64,000 nucleotides of DNA, from positions 445,628-509,627 of the forward strand of contig OZ037771.1 of NCBI GenBank assembly GCA_964035545.1, read 5' to 3'. The stretch comes from Bugula neritina. Lineage: Eukaryota; Animalia; Bryozoa. The notes beneath the pieces were generated by a model that saw only the letters and a program-made list of their open reading frames with translations, ran no database searches and had not been told where the DNA came from. The number at the start of each line of letters is the position of its first letter. Within the stretch, counting starts at the first letter, position 1. The position numbers were made by a program, and so were the translations under genes. Shown here piece by piece: positions 42,803 to 56,501 of this stretch.

Positions 42803-45800
42803 TGGAATAGCTTCCCATCTTCATTGCTAATATTTGTTATAAATTCCAAAATCTCTTTGTAAATTAAATGTGCATCCACATGAAATAATATTATTTTGTA
42901 ATTGTTTTCATATTTATAGAACTTTTTAATCTGGTATTATTGGACAACATCATCTGCCTTATGTGATTTTATCATTAAAACCCAGTCAATCTCTTCTATT
43001 GGTAACTTAAATGATATTGCATTGTGTTTCTTCAGTCACTGCACGTAAACTACCATGCAGTTATAGGTTTTCACTTCAAATGCTAGTCCTATCAAACTTA
43101 TTATTTAGGTATGTACTTTTTAAAATCTCGCACAAATATCGCAAAAAGCAAAAATGATGTGCCATTATTTCATATTCACTGTATTAATACTTAATTATAT
43201 ATATCATGTAATCTCTATATTCAGAGGAGAATAGATTTTGATGAACAAAAGTTAAAATTGGAAATCATTTTTGCTACTTGTACATAGTATTATCTACTAT
43301 TATATGATGCTAGCGGCTAGCAGCAGTAACAACCAAAAATGTAGACTGTCTATATCTAATATAATAGATCATAAATAAAGGCTACAGGCACTGAACTGAA
43401 AGTGTTTTCCAGTTCATTGACTGCAGAAGCATGACTGGCATGACTGGGGTGCGCCCCAGAATTAATGTTGCTAGAAGCAATGAACTGAAAAAGATTATAG
43501 TTCAGTGACTAAAAGCAGCACCGAGTTGGGGGTGATTTATTACAAATAATTCAATTGAGCGTATCCCCTTTGCCAATATATTTTTTCAAATAGAATTTAA
43601 GCTCATACTAGCGATTATGTTATTTTTCTTATTCATTTTTAAAAGGCGTGGAAAAATTTGAAAATAAACGGACGACACCATATTCTAATTCCGGTCAAGT
43701 AGAGTGACATTACTTGCAGAATCAGAATGAGACCGGAACGGCAACCTGTAGTAGATTTTATGTCTAACATGCTTTGTTTTAAAATAAATTAAGATTAATG
43801 CTCACATTGAACGTCACATTGTTAATATGATCATGGTAAGTCAACATCAGTATCAGTATGAGTATAAGATTAAGTATAAACCACGGCCACGGATAATCAT
43901 TCTAATCATTATGACTATCGTCTATCAGTATCACTATCAGTATGAGTATCAGTATGACTATGACTATGAATATGACAATCATCTATGAGTATGAATATTG
44001 GTGTGACTGTAAGTGTAAGGAACGTTGAACTTGAAGTTTGATTGTGAGCAAAGGCGTTGAGAACGTCCAATAGTATTTTTTATAATTATTCTATACTCAT
44101 ACTAAAACTCTCTAAGTTGAAATTATATGCTCACAGTCTCTGTAAGTGTAAGACTAAGTGTAATTTAGATTTTTGGTCAGAGGTGCATGGCATTTGCCAT
44201 TTTTTACTTTGAAACTTACCTTGTTTTTGTTTTCATGCTTAATTGAAAAAAATACTACGTTATTTTTATTGCTAAGCTACTAAAGTATGGAATTGAATTA
44301 TTATTTTGATTTTTAAACCGGCCAGGGTATTCAGATATTACTTATTTACTAATGGCTAATGCTAAAGGCATGATGCATAATGATAATCTTTAAAAATACT
44401 CCAAGTTAATGACTATGTTATGTAATAACATTCTAAAAGTTGCTGACTAATAGTAACTGTAATAGACTAATGGTAGTGATACTATGTTTTCTTGTTTTAA
44501 TATGTATTCAATATAAATATAATTGCTCCTTCACCACAATAGAAAGGAATTAAGAGCCAGTTAAAATAATCTTTCAGGGATTTGTGGACTGTAAAGTATT
44601 TATATTCTTTGTAATGTAACTAAAGACCAAGTAGTGATAATAGTGGCTAAGATATCTATCGTCACAATGGATTGCCCTAGTGGATAAAATGCTTGTATAT
44701 ACAGTATCCAGCTTGAAGGATTCACATCAATTGTTTGAGGTGACAGCAGAGCAGGCAGTGGTGAACTGTATGTGGAGAGGATGCACAATTTTCATGAGTA
44801 TGAAATGGTTTTTAGAAGAGTCTATCTTCAGCCTGAAGGGGAGTAGTTGGTCATACTCTGTCCAGTGTTACCAGTCCTCTGCCCATCTTTCATTTGATGT
44901 GTTACTGGTGAGTTGCCTTTAACAGTTACAATAGTTGCACACCTCCCAAATAATACATATTTAGTGAACATAAATTGGCTCAGTTTTATACCAGGATATA
45001 ATTTATGAATCTTAAAATAAACATATTAATATATATAATTTACTGTGTAAAGTTTGAATGCACATGTATAGATTTGCTGTTTAGGGTGTTAGTGTTTAGT
45101 ATTCATAAACTTTTACTGTGTAAAACAGATATTTTATGTTTTTTCCGATTTTGACTTTGGACAGGTCAGCAGCCCATATTTAAAAGAAATTTGCCTTTTA
45201 GTGATTTGCACAATGTAGCATCTTGATCAGTGTAATAGTTGTCCCCTCTCTACAATGCAGCATTTTAAAGCATGATAGTTGTCTCCTCTACGCAATAACA
45301 CAAGCTCTTATAATATTTTTATAGTTACAATATTGGAGTGTACTGCTAGTATCTTGGGACTTGGAGTGAATGGTAGGGGATCAGCTCTCCGTGCTGATTG
45401 GTCAACAGACTGCCCTTGCCGGTGAGTCTGTATTCACTCATGCTGCGAAGATAATTCAGTTTTTACCAAATTTTTTTGACAATTAATTCACGTAAATAAC
45501 AAGGACACTAGCTGTGGATTTAACAGGAATATAAATGTACCACAAGTTATTTTGTGTTAATAAATCATCAAATAGTTGTAAACATAATTATTTTAGACAT
45601 AAGGAATGTTATTAACTGGGGGTTGCAAGCAGTCTATGAAAATAATGTACTCATTGAAAAGAAGTCATTAAATAATGAGATTATTATATCCTAGTCAGCC
45701 AGTTATTCACACTGAATGAATGGGTTGGTGGTCTGGTGGCTGATTCAACTAACTAGATAATGTACATGTTATAGATATCTTTTTTGTTTAGTTTTCTAAT

Positions 45801-46509
45801 TTTTAACCTTGGTTTGATTTGTTTATTCATTTTAAATCAACTACTTCCTTGAATGTGAACAAATAGGTGTCTTATTATGCCAATCAAATACTAGTTTAGC
45901 TTTCAGTAATAAAGCTACTAAAATCCAGCAGTTAAATAGCTCTCCCTTTCTACTACTAGAGGCAGTAGAGGGTTTAGCCACTAATAATTATACCACGGTA
46001 TATATTTCCTCATTATTATATAGTTTACAGTAAGTTTCCTACATTGCTTAAAGATGGGACAAGCCTTTGTATAGGACTATTTATCAAGAAAGTAGCCAAT
46101 AGGAAAGCAGCTGTGCCTGACTGTACTACGCTGATACTTGAGCTGTCTGTTGATGTGTACATATAGAGGCAGTGACACGTGTCCTCAGGTTAGTCTAGTT
46201 ACATATGGTAGTAGTTGTGCCTCACTCTAGCTGAGAGATATGAAGTATTGCTTGTATAATTCTACAGTTGTCTTGTGGCAGTCTGTAGCAGCACCCCACC
46301 TTAGCATTCAAGTGCTGTGAGAATCTGAGGCTATTCAAGCATCCTTACTATCTGCAGCTGATACAAGTAACAGTCTACCAGATGGTGCAACTCATAAGGC
46401 CTCTTATCTCCTCAGAGATAAAGGAGGGTGTAGATGTTTAGTTGCTAGGTGAGTCGCTGTATCAGTGGGAATATAGAAGATTTTTTATCACACCTGACCA
46501 CACCTGCTT

Positions 46510-46787
46510 TATGTATTGTGTTCAGGTAATACAGGAGCACTAACTAGTAATAAAGTATAGTTGTATATGTATTGTGTTCAGGTATTACAGGAGCACTAAC
46601 TAGTAGTAAAGTATAGTTGTATATGTATTGTGTTCAGGTAATACAGGAGCACTAACTAGTAGTAAAGTATAGTTGTATATGTATTGTGTTCAGGTATTAC
46701 AGGAGCACTAACTAGTAGTAAAGTATAGTTGTATATGTATTGTGTTCAGGTATTACAGGAGCACTAACTAGTAGTAAAGTATAGTTG
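46510..46787 (+). repeat. 56-nt minisatellite, 5 copies, each with ACTAAC ... tgtgttcAG|GTa
   Basis: CAG ends at 46525, 46581, 46637, 46693 and 46749; lies upstream of the DUF229 ATG. Confidence 0.9.
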
Positions 46788-47045
46788 GGATTAAGGGAAA
46801 TAGAGCTGAAATACTTTAGAGCTAAGGGTTTTTGGAAATAATATAAATTAAATTTATTTAAAATAAGTTTAATATACAATATTGGTATGGTGTGTGTCAT
46901 TTAATTTTACTAAAAGTTTGATTGCTATTGCCATGCTGACAGTGAGTATATGCTGCTGGACTATGTTGCTATGGTGATAGTCATGGTGCAGCAGTCTCCA
47001 ACATCCAAGAGTTGAACTTGTGACACCAGACCTGGCAGACTGAGA

Positions 47046-50000
47046 ATGACTTTCAGTTTCTCAAGAACTGCGTTTAAAGTGCTGGCGGTAGTTGTGGTGA
47101 CAGCTGCACTGATCTTCTGCTTTACCTCACGTTTTGGCTCCCCCTCATTATACAGCGCTACAGGTAACATCATAGCTACAGGTAACACCTATAGTTACAG
47201 GTAGCACCTGTCATACTCTCTTGGCACCGAGTTGGCTGAGCTGGTAGATACAGACTGTGAATTGTTACCTTCAGCAGTAGTAGTTTTATTTTCAACTGAT
47301 ATTTAAAAAATATGTTATTATTAAATGATGTTTTGTTCATAGGGCAGCAGGTAGTATTCAGCAGCATTGCTGTAAATAAAGTGCAGCGTCACAAAGTCAG
47401 CGAAACAGCGCTGACTACTGTCACTGTTCCTGAGTCAGCTGAAGGTGGGGGTCTAGTCACATCGCCCCCTCCACTCCCTGAAAGTCAGAGAGAAGTTGTC
47501 CCAGAAGTAGCACAGAAAAAGGTTTGTGTTTAATTCAAGTGTGAAGCTGAGTTTTGGTAAAGTAGGCAGTATGTAAAGTTCTCATTATTAATTTACTAGA
47601 GTGAGGGGGATTCACGCTACGACCCGCTGTACCATGAGCTGCGGCAGACATATTCTACTGAGTCTACCAGAGCCAACCAGTCTGGTAGCCTGCTGCCTGG
47701 CTGCCACATTCCCCTTCTCAATCCCTGGGACTCGCATGTTCTGCCTTATCTGAAGAAACTGTTCACAGTTGAGAAGAAAGGGAGACGGGAGCTCTGTCCA
47801 GTGCCACCAGATCACCTTCTGGCACATGTAGTCAACAGAAGCTACATCAGAGTGAATGAAACAGCACTACAACTCTACTATAATGAAAGTATAGCCAATG
47901 ACTGCCAGCTTACCTTCCTCACCAGGTAAGGGGAGGTAAGGGGAGTTAAGGGGAGGTAAGGGGAGTGTTGGAGTTGAAGTATGTCTTTCTCTTCTAAATA
48001 TCTGTACTGAAAGCTGAAATAATCAGGATTCAAAATTTTGTTTTCAGACTCAATGATGAAAAACTTGCCTTCAGTGAGCCCTTAGAGTTAAGAAAGGGCG
48101 AAGACCTTAAATTACCAGAACTAGAGCAATTTGCCTCCATCACTTGTAGAAATAGCAGCTCTAAAGACTACAATCAGCTGCTGTTCAGATTGACAGGTAT
48201 CAGTAGTGTTCACTGACACCTCCTAGTAATAACTGACACCTCCTAGTAATAACTGACACCTCCTAGTAATAACTGACACCTCCTAGTAATAACTGACACT
48301 TTCTAGTAGTAAGTGATACCTTCTAGTAATAACTGACACCTTCTAGTAGTAACTGACACCTCCTAGTAGTAACTGTCACTGATCTGAATATAGAGACACC
48401 AGAAGTAAAGGAGAAGGTGCTGAATCAGAAGAAAGAGAAAAGGAGACTGAGTGTGCTGATGTTCTACAATGACGGAGTATCCCACGTGATGGCTAGGAGA
48501 GTTCTGAACACTACGTACTACTACCTGAGAGACACACATGGGGCCGTCTCTCTTAATGGATTCCATACTGTCGGACTAAACACCTTCCCTAATATGGTTC
48601 CCTACCTCACTGGTTGGTAAATATCTGCAGTGTATGCTATGAGTATATCTACAGTATATGCTATGAGTATATCTACAATATATTATACTATGAGTATATC
48701 TACAGTATATACTATGAGTATATCTACAGTATATATTATGAGTATATCTACAGTATATATTATGAGTATATCTACAGTATATATTATGAGTATATCTACA
48801 GTATATATTATGAGTATATCTACAGTATATGCTATGAGTATATCTACAGTATATGCTATGAGTATATCTACAGTATATACTATGAGTATATCTACAGTAT
48901 ATGCTATGAGTATATCTACAGTATATATTATGAGTATATCTACAGTATATATTATGAGTATATCTACAGTGTATACTATGAGTATATCTACAGTATATAT
49001 TATGAGTATATCTACAGTATATATTATGAGTATATCTACAGTATATGCTATGAGTATATCTACAGTATATATTATGAGTATATCTACAGTATATGCTATG
49101 AGTATATCTACAGTATATGCTATGAGTATATCTACAGTATATACTATGAGTATATCTACAGTATATGCTATGAGTATATCTACAGTATATACTATGAGTA
49201 TATCTACAGTATATATTATGAGTATATCTACAATATATATTATGAGTATATCTACTGTATATATTATGAGTATATCTACAGTATATACTATGAGTATATC
49301 TACAGTATATACTATGAGTATATCTACAGTATATATTATGAGTATATCTACAGTATATACTATGAGTATATCTACAGTATATGCTATGAGTATATCTACA
49401 GTATATATTATGAGTATATCTACAGTATATACTATGAGTATATCTACAGTATATACTATGAGTATATCTACAGTATATACTATGAGTATATCTACAGTAT
49501 ATATTATGAGTATATCTACAGTATATACTATGAGTATATCTACAGTATATACTATGAGTATATCTACAGTATATATTATGAGTATATCTACAGTATATAC
49601 TATGAGTATATCTACAGTATATGCTATGAGTATATCTACAGTATATATTATGAGTATATCTACAGTATATACTATGAGTATATCTACAGTATATACTATG
49701 AGTATATCTACAGTATATACTATGAGTATATCTACAGTATATGCTATGAGTATATCTACAGTATATACTATGAGTATATCTACAGTATATGCTATGAGTA
49801 TACAGTATACAGTTTTGTATTACATCAAGGTTACCACGTCTCAGAGCTACCTGACTTTAAGGGAAAATATTTCGACAGAATTGATTGGCCATTTCTGTGG
49901 AGAATATTCAACAACCAAAGCTACGTGACTGGGTTTGTTGAAGACACCAGCTACTCTACCTTTAATTACATCAAGAAAGGCTTTCACAAGCAGGTAATAC

Positions 50001-52194
50001 ACACTAGAGTGTTATATACACTAGAATGTAATATACACTAGAGTGTAATATACACTAGAGTGTTATACACACGCTCACAAGTGTATGAACAGTGTGTCCG
50101 TTATTTTGTAGCCTACAGACTACTACTTCAAGAACTACATAAATTTAGCTGCAAGTATGGGTTACTGTGCAGCTACTGGAGGTTGGTGTATTAAGAATAG
50201 TCAACATGCATTCTTTTATAAAATACTATTATGTAAAATATGTGTAATATTATATTATCACGTGATGTATTATGTTACATTATAATTTGTTATCTTGTGT
50301 TATGCTATCATAATATAATATTGTGTTACATTATCAGATATTATATTTCAGAGAGAGTTCACACACTCATGTTGCATTTACTGGACGAATTTCTTGAACT
50401 CCATTCAAAGAATGACTACTTCTTTTGGTGGTTTTTAAACGGTTTGAGTCACCAGACTTTTGAGCCCCTTTCTAGAGTGGATTTGGACTACTACCACTTC
50501 TTCAAGAAGCATTTTGATAAAGGTTAGTTTTATTTCTACTTGACAATGCAACTTGTATATTAATACAACTTGTATATTATATGACGGAGTAATACAACTT
50601 GTATATTATATGATGGAGTAATACAACTTGTATATTATATGATAGAGTAATACAACTTGTATGTTATATGACGGAGTAATACAATTTGTATATTATATGA
50701 TAGAGTAATACAACTTGTATATTAACTGATGGAGTAATACAACTTGTATATTATATGATAGAGTAATACAACTTGTATATTAACTGATGGAGTAATACAA
50801 CTTGTATATTAACTGATGGAGTATATTAACTTCCAGGTAGTTTCAAGGACACGCTGCTGATATTTGGCAGTGACCATGGAAACAGGTTCAGTAACCTCAG
50901 AAAGTCATATGTAGGTCAAATGGAAGAACGACTTCCTTTGCAGTTACTTGTGTTCCCAGACTGGTTCAAGACCGAGTACAGTCATCTGTACGAGACTTTG
51001 CTGGTAGGACTTGCTCCGTCACCTCCTATTTGACAGTAGATGGTGATGTCATTTCCTCTCGCTGTGCTGTGTGTTTTTACTAGTGTTACCATGGTTACTG
51101 TATAGTATACCCGTGTTACCATGGTTACTGTATAGTATACCCGTGTTACCATGGTTACTGTATAGTATACCCGTGTTACCATGGTTACTGTATAGTATAC
51201 CCGTGTTACCATGGTTACTGTATAGTATACCCGTGTTACCATGGTTACTGTATAGTATACCCGTGTTACCATGGTTACTGTATAGTATACCCGTGTTACC
51301 ATGGTTACTGTATAGTATACCCGTGTTACCATGGTTACTGTATAGTATACCCGGTTACCATGGTTACTGTATAGTATACCCGTGTTACCATGGTTACTGT
51401 ATAGTATACCCGTGTTACCATGGTTACTGTATAGTATACCCGTGTTACCATGGTTACTGTATAGTATACCCGTGTTACCATGGTTACTGTATAGTATACT
51501 CGTGTTACCATAGTTACTGTATAGTATACTCGTGTTACCATGGTTACTGTATGTACTTACAGAATAATAGCAACTCTCTGACCACACCATTTGACATGCG
51601 TGAAACTTTAGCTAGCATAGCCTCAGAGCTTAATCAACCTCTACAGCCTTCTGCACCACGGAGAGGTAACTCCCTTCTCTAAAGCATGCTTCAGTCGGCT
51701 AGTTAATAGAATAGATATTTCTCATATTAATATGAATTTGGAATTTTTCAGGATTGAATTTATTCAAGACGCAAGTGCCTTCCACACGGACATGTGAGAC
51801 GGCAGGAATTCCGATGAAGTTCTGTGTTTGCAAGAAGCTGAGTCCCGTACCCGTGACCAACGAGGACGTGGTGAGAGCTGCGACTGTTTCCCTCTCCCAC
51901 ATCAACCAGCTGCTAAGTGAGCCCGCAGTCAAACTCTTGTGTGCCAATCTCACTCTCAAGGTCATTGTAAGTGCACAGGCTACCATAGCCAGCAGTAAGA
52001 GACGTTTCCGGGACTATAGGATTATTTTTGAAACACTTCCTGGAAGAGGGCGGTTTGAATCAACAGTTAGGAAAATCGTGGAGACTGGGAAGATGAATCT
52101 GTTGGGTGAGGTGACTCGCATCTCATTGTACGGCAATTCTTCTGTCTGTGTGTCTTCTCAGCTACTTAAGAACTATTGCTATTGCATGCACTGA
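47046..52194 (+). CDS. DUF229-family protein (alkaline phosphatase/sulfatase-like superfamily) with an N-terminal TM anchor, multi-exon
   Basis: LSVLMFYNDGVSH, GFHTVGLNTFPNMVPYLTG, YVTGFVED..STFNYIKKGF..QPTDYY, LLIFGSDHGNRF...GQMEERLP, LTTPFDMRETL and RTCETAGIPMKFCVC are typical DUF229 motifs. Confidence 0.85.
48620..49805. repeat. 24-nt intronic minisatellite (tatgagtatatctacagtatatac), about 49 copies
   Basis: Direct periodicity. Confidence 0.95.
51082..51552. repeat. 30-nt intronic minisatellite (ccgtgttaccatggttactgtatagtatac), 16 copies, each with an X-box-like palindrome
   Basis: Direct periodicity. Confidence 0.95.
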
Positions 52195-52669
52195 GTTATA
52201 TATTCTACTACTTCACATCAATGCATAGACAAATACTGTTTTGCTAAGTTTAGTTTTAGGTTCAGTTTCAATTCATGTAGGGTAATTTGTTTTGTAATTA
52301 GCAGCGAATATTTTAAACTTAAAATTTTATTCAACTTTATTTGAAGATTTTGAACATCATAGAATTTAATACTGAACAGTGTTTGGGATGAGTACTTTTA
52401 TACTGCCATGTGGACACAATTCCTACACTATTAACTTGTTGCTATTGAATTCTGAGGGTTATTAGTCAGGGTAGCAGAAAGCTTATCTGATTTCACAGTG
52501 TCTGTGGTCCTATTCTATAATTTGTCTACTAATTGCCAGCTGAGAGAACTTAGTTGTATTTGGAATGTAATAAATAAATGTCTAAGAGAGAAGTATTGTA
52601 TACAACGCATTCAGTGATTGGCTGTCGTTGTAGTCAGCACAGAGTCTGTTATCCAATTAGGGATGAGCT

Positions 52670-55501
52670 TCAGACCGTTCTAGCGTGTCCACCTCTTTCA
52701 CTACATCAACACAAGGAGCAAGTTATAACTATACTCAAGTAACCCATTAGAATAATCAAGGATGCAGCTAATATTATATATTGTGATATATTGTAACACT
52801 TCCCCTGTTCAACTCATCAACCCAGTTACCTGGAGACTGAGGAATCCATGGAGTAGTTGGATGGAACGTATGTCTTCTCAAAAGTTCCTCCAAAGGAAAT
52901 GGCATTTTTCTTCTTCCCCGTCTCTTTCGCGCCATTACCTGTCTGTTTCTCTTCTATATTGGGGACTTCCTTGGGCATTGTGAAGTTAGCACCTTCTTCA
53001 CCTTGTTTCTCTGTTGGTACTGGATTAACTGCTGCAGATTTCACTTTATCTAAATATACATAGTAGTCTGTAGATCAACACTGAATGGCTGTTAAAACAT
53101 TTCAAACTTACACTACAGGATTTAAAGTCGCTGTTAAGTAATATTATTGACTAAAATTTAATAATTAAAAACATATTTTTGTGTATTTTGAAATTTATTA
53201 GCTGATCGAGTTTTTGTTTTAAAATGAATTATATCTACAATATTACTATTAATCTGTATGTCACTATATTACTACTGTATGTCACTATATTACTACTGTA
53301 TGTCACTATATTACTACTGTATGTCACTATATTACTACTGTATGACACTATATTACTACTGTATGTCAATATATTACTACTGTATGTCACTATATTACTA
53401 CTGTATGACAATATATTACTACTGTATGTCACTATATTACTACTGTATGTCACTATATTACTACTGTATGTCAATATATTACTACTGTATGTCAATATAT
53501 TACTACTGTATGACAATATATTACTACTGTATGACAATATATTACTACTGTATGTCACTATATTACTACTGTATGTCAATATATTACTACTGTATGACAA
53601 TATATTACTACTGTATGACAATATATTACTACTGTATGTCACTATATTACTACTGTATGTCACTATATTACTACTGTATGACAATATATTACTACTGTAT
53701 GTCACTATATTACTACTGTATGACAATATATTACTACTGTATGTCACTATATTACTACTGTATGTCACTATATTACTACTGTATGTCACTATATTACTAC
53801 TGTATGACAATATATTACTACTGTATGACACTATATTACTACTGTATGACAATATATTACTACTGTATGTCACTATATTACTACTGTATGTCACTATATT
53901 ACTACTGTATGTCACTATATTACTACTGTATGACAATATATTACTACTGTATGACATTATATTACTACTGTATGTCACTATATTACTACTGTATGTCACT
54001 ATATTACTACTGTATTTCATTATATTACTACTGTATGACATTATATTACTACTGTATGTATATGTGATGTACCGATATTTTCTGTACCTCCCTCATTTCC
54101 AACTGAAGTGGCTGCAGCATCGCTGTGAGCTTTAACCAGCGAGTCCTTGGCAGTGGAGCCGAGTGCAGACCCTTGGGATGCTGCCTGGGCTGGCTTTGGC
54201 TTAGCACCAGTGGCGGACGCTTTTGGACTCATCGCTGGTTTGGGAGCAGCAATAGAAGCTTTTGATTGGATAACCTTTGACATTGCGTTGGACTTGATCT
54301 GAGATTGACTCTTTGCCTTTGATGTGTTTCTTTGACTAGGTGAGTTCACTTTGCTTGCTTTGTTCATGATTTGGGATGGCTGAGGTTCACCAGCTCTGGA
54401 CTTTTTACTCCCTAATCTTGACGGCTGAGGTTTCAACTCCTCATCTGAACTGTCTGATGAATTGCTCCAATTTCCAACTTTTTGGAAGAGCTTTGATTTG
54501 CTTTTAAATTTTGATGGCTGCCTGCATACAAATAAGGACAATAATTGGTGAGTATGAAGTTATCTACACATTTATTCTCTAAACAGTTTTAATGACACTG
54601 CATTTTGTGTAAGATAAATGTAAACTTTTGACATTAAATGCTTGTTGTAAAGTTAAGGGGTTCAATATTCTCCCGGTCTACTTAGAATGATAGAGCAGTG
54701 TAAAGTAATATCAAAGGTTACCATACATTTGCCTGTCCTTCTATTATACAATTATACAGTGTTTGCTATGCTAGTTGGAATAGGCATAAAGAGAGTTCAA
54801 GAAGTTACAACTGAAAGAGCGTATGCTCTAATTATGTCATGCATCTATTGTCAGCAATATGTCATTTACAATCTGAACAATTTTACTGAAAAGCAAACTT
54901 GCCTTTTTTTGAGTGCTGACTTAAAGTTTGAAGCTTGAGCTTTAACTGGAGCTGACTTAGATTTCTTAAGTGTTGTGCTCAAAGGAGCAGCTTTGTCATC
55001 GTCTGATTTTTTATCTTCAAAGTCAGTATCATCATGCTGGTCATATTTATAGGCTAAAATAAAATACCCACTTTGGTTGACACAGTTTACACTTACTTGA
55101 CATAGTTTACACTTGCTTGATGCAGTTCACACCTACTCACTTGATTTAGCTGTAGATTTTTTGGGTTGCAGAGTGGATCTGGTTTGGTGAATCTCCGAAA
55201 CTGAGGAATGCGTGTTGCCGTGAGAGCTGGATTTTCGGCGAGACCTCCTGTCTTCGTGGCGCGAGTCTGTTTGGTGAAGACGTCTAGATTCTGTTTGGTG
55301 GAGACGTCTAGATTCTGTTTGGTGGAGACGTCTAGATTCTGTTTGGTGGAGACGTCTAGATTCTGTTTGGTGAGTTGACTCTTTGCTGCCAGTGTCTCTG
55401 TCTATGTGAGGGTGGCCGTAGCTTCTGCTGTGAGGGGTGGATTGAAAAATGTGGTTGTAGGGGTAGTTGTCTGGGGGCAGGAGTGGGTCAAGGTGGTTCA
55501 T
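52670..55501 (-). CDS. Uncharacterised basic Ser/Lys-rich low-complexity protein. Exons (transcript order) ~55501-55141, 55053-54903, 54521-54073, 53049-52830, ~52700-52670
   Basis: Five exons join in frame, one through a GC-AG intron; internal HQTESRRL repeat; no recognisable domain; start codon uncertain. Confidence 0.65.
53253..54058. repeat. 21-nt intronic minisatellite (ctgtatgtcactatattacta), about 38 copies
   Basis: Direct periodicity. Confidence 0.95.
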
Positions 55502-55849
55502 TGAACAAGGAGTCTCTCCTAAGAATATAACACCAACATTTGTTATATAAACATGGTGGTGCTGAAGTTGATGTAAAGTAATATTAGCAGAGCAATAGCC
55601 AATGAGTGCTGCAGTACCATTTCATATACACTGTCACTTTATCAGTCTGCACACACACACTAGTTGTTTCTGTAGGTATATTGTATGGTAATAAAACGTC
55701 ACTGCAGAAATTTTACTTCGTGATTTCATTCACCTTTTTAGACATAACAAATCAACTGAGCGGACACAAACAGCTGGCAGTAGAAATGTATTACATTTAC
55801 CCCCTGTTCACACATTGCCTTATCGTACACTGAACATAAAATGTCTAAG

Positions 55850-56020
55850 CTTCCTGTAGGTACGGTGCTAGGGTACTTTAGGATCAAGCACTGCTTGATT
55901 CAAACTAGTTGCGGCGGGTTCCTATTGGACAGAAAAACTTTTGCGTCAGCTTATTGGATAAAATTGTCTAATAGCGGACTTTGTAAACTTCAGCCCGGAC
56001 ACATTAAAGATGGCTGATAT
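55850..56020. promoter_or_regulatory. Putative (bidirectional) promoter with two CCAAT boxes (ATTGG at 55924 and 55953), a GC-rich site and a YY1-like AAGATGGC
   Basis: Motif cluster with CpGs just upstream of the minus-strand Ser/Lys-rich gene. Confidence 0.45.
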
Positions 56021-56047
56021 TTAACATTACGGCGTACGATACGTTAA

Positions 56048-56406
56048 TGTGTGAACAGGGGGTAAGTGTGAACAGGGGGTATGTGTGAACAGGTGGTATG
56101 TGTGAACAGGGGGTAAGTGTGAACAGGGGGTATGTGTGAACAGGGGGTATGTGTGAACAGGGGGTATATGTGAACAAGGGGTAAGTGTGAACAGGGGGTA
56201 TGTGTGAACAGGGGGTAAGTGTGAACAGGTGGTATGTGTGAACAGGTGGTAAGTGTGAACAGGTGGTATGTGTGAACAGGGGGTATGTGTGAACAGCGGG
56301 TAAGTGTGAACAGGGGGTATGTGTGAACAGGGGGTAAGTGTGAACAGGGGGTAAGTGTGAACAGGGGGTATGTGTGAACAGGGGGTAAGTGTGAACAGGG
56401 GGTATG
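56048..56406 (+). repeat. 17-nt minisatellite (gtgtgaacagggggtaa/t), about 21 copies, each donor-like on the + strand
   Basis: Direct periodicity. Confidence 0.93.
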
Positions 56407-56501
56407 TCGGCATGTTATGGACTAGCAAAAAGCAATAATCTATTTTTTTTACCGGTATGATTACTTTTACAGGTTATTTTTGTATAGATTGAGAATCACC
56501 T

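Noticed and set aside
48614-50041. 475-aa Tyr-rich ORF (YYEYIYSI)n
   Set aside because: Translation of a 24-nt intronic minisatellite in the DUF229 gene.
53224-54135. Repetitive ORFs on both strands
   Set aside because: Translation of a 21-nt intronic minisatellite.
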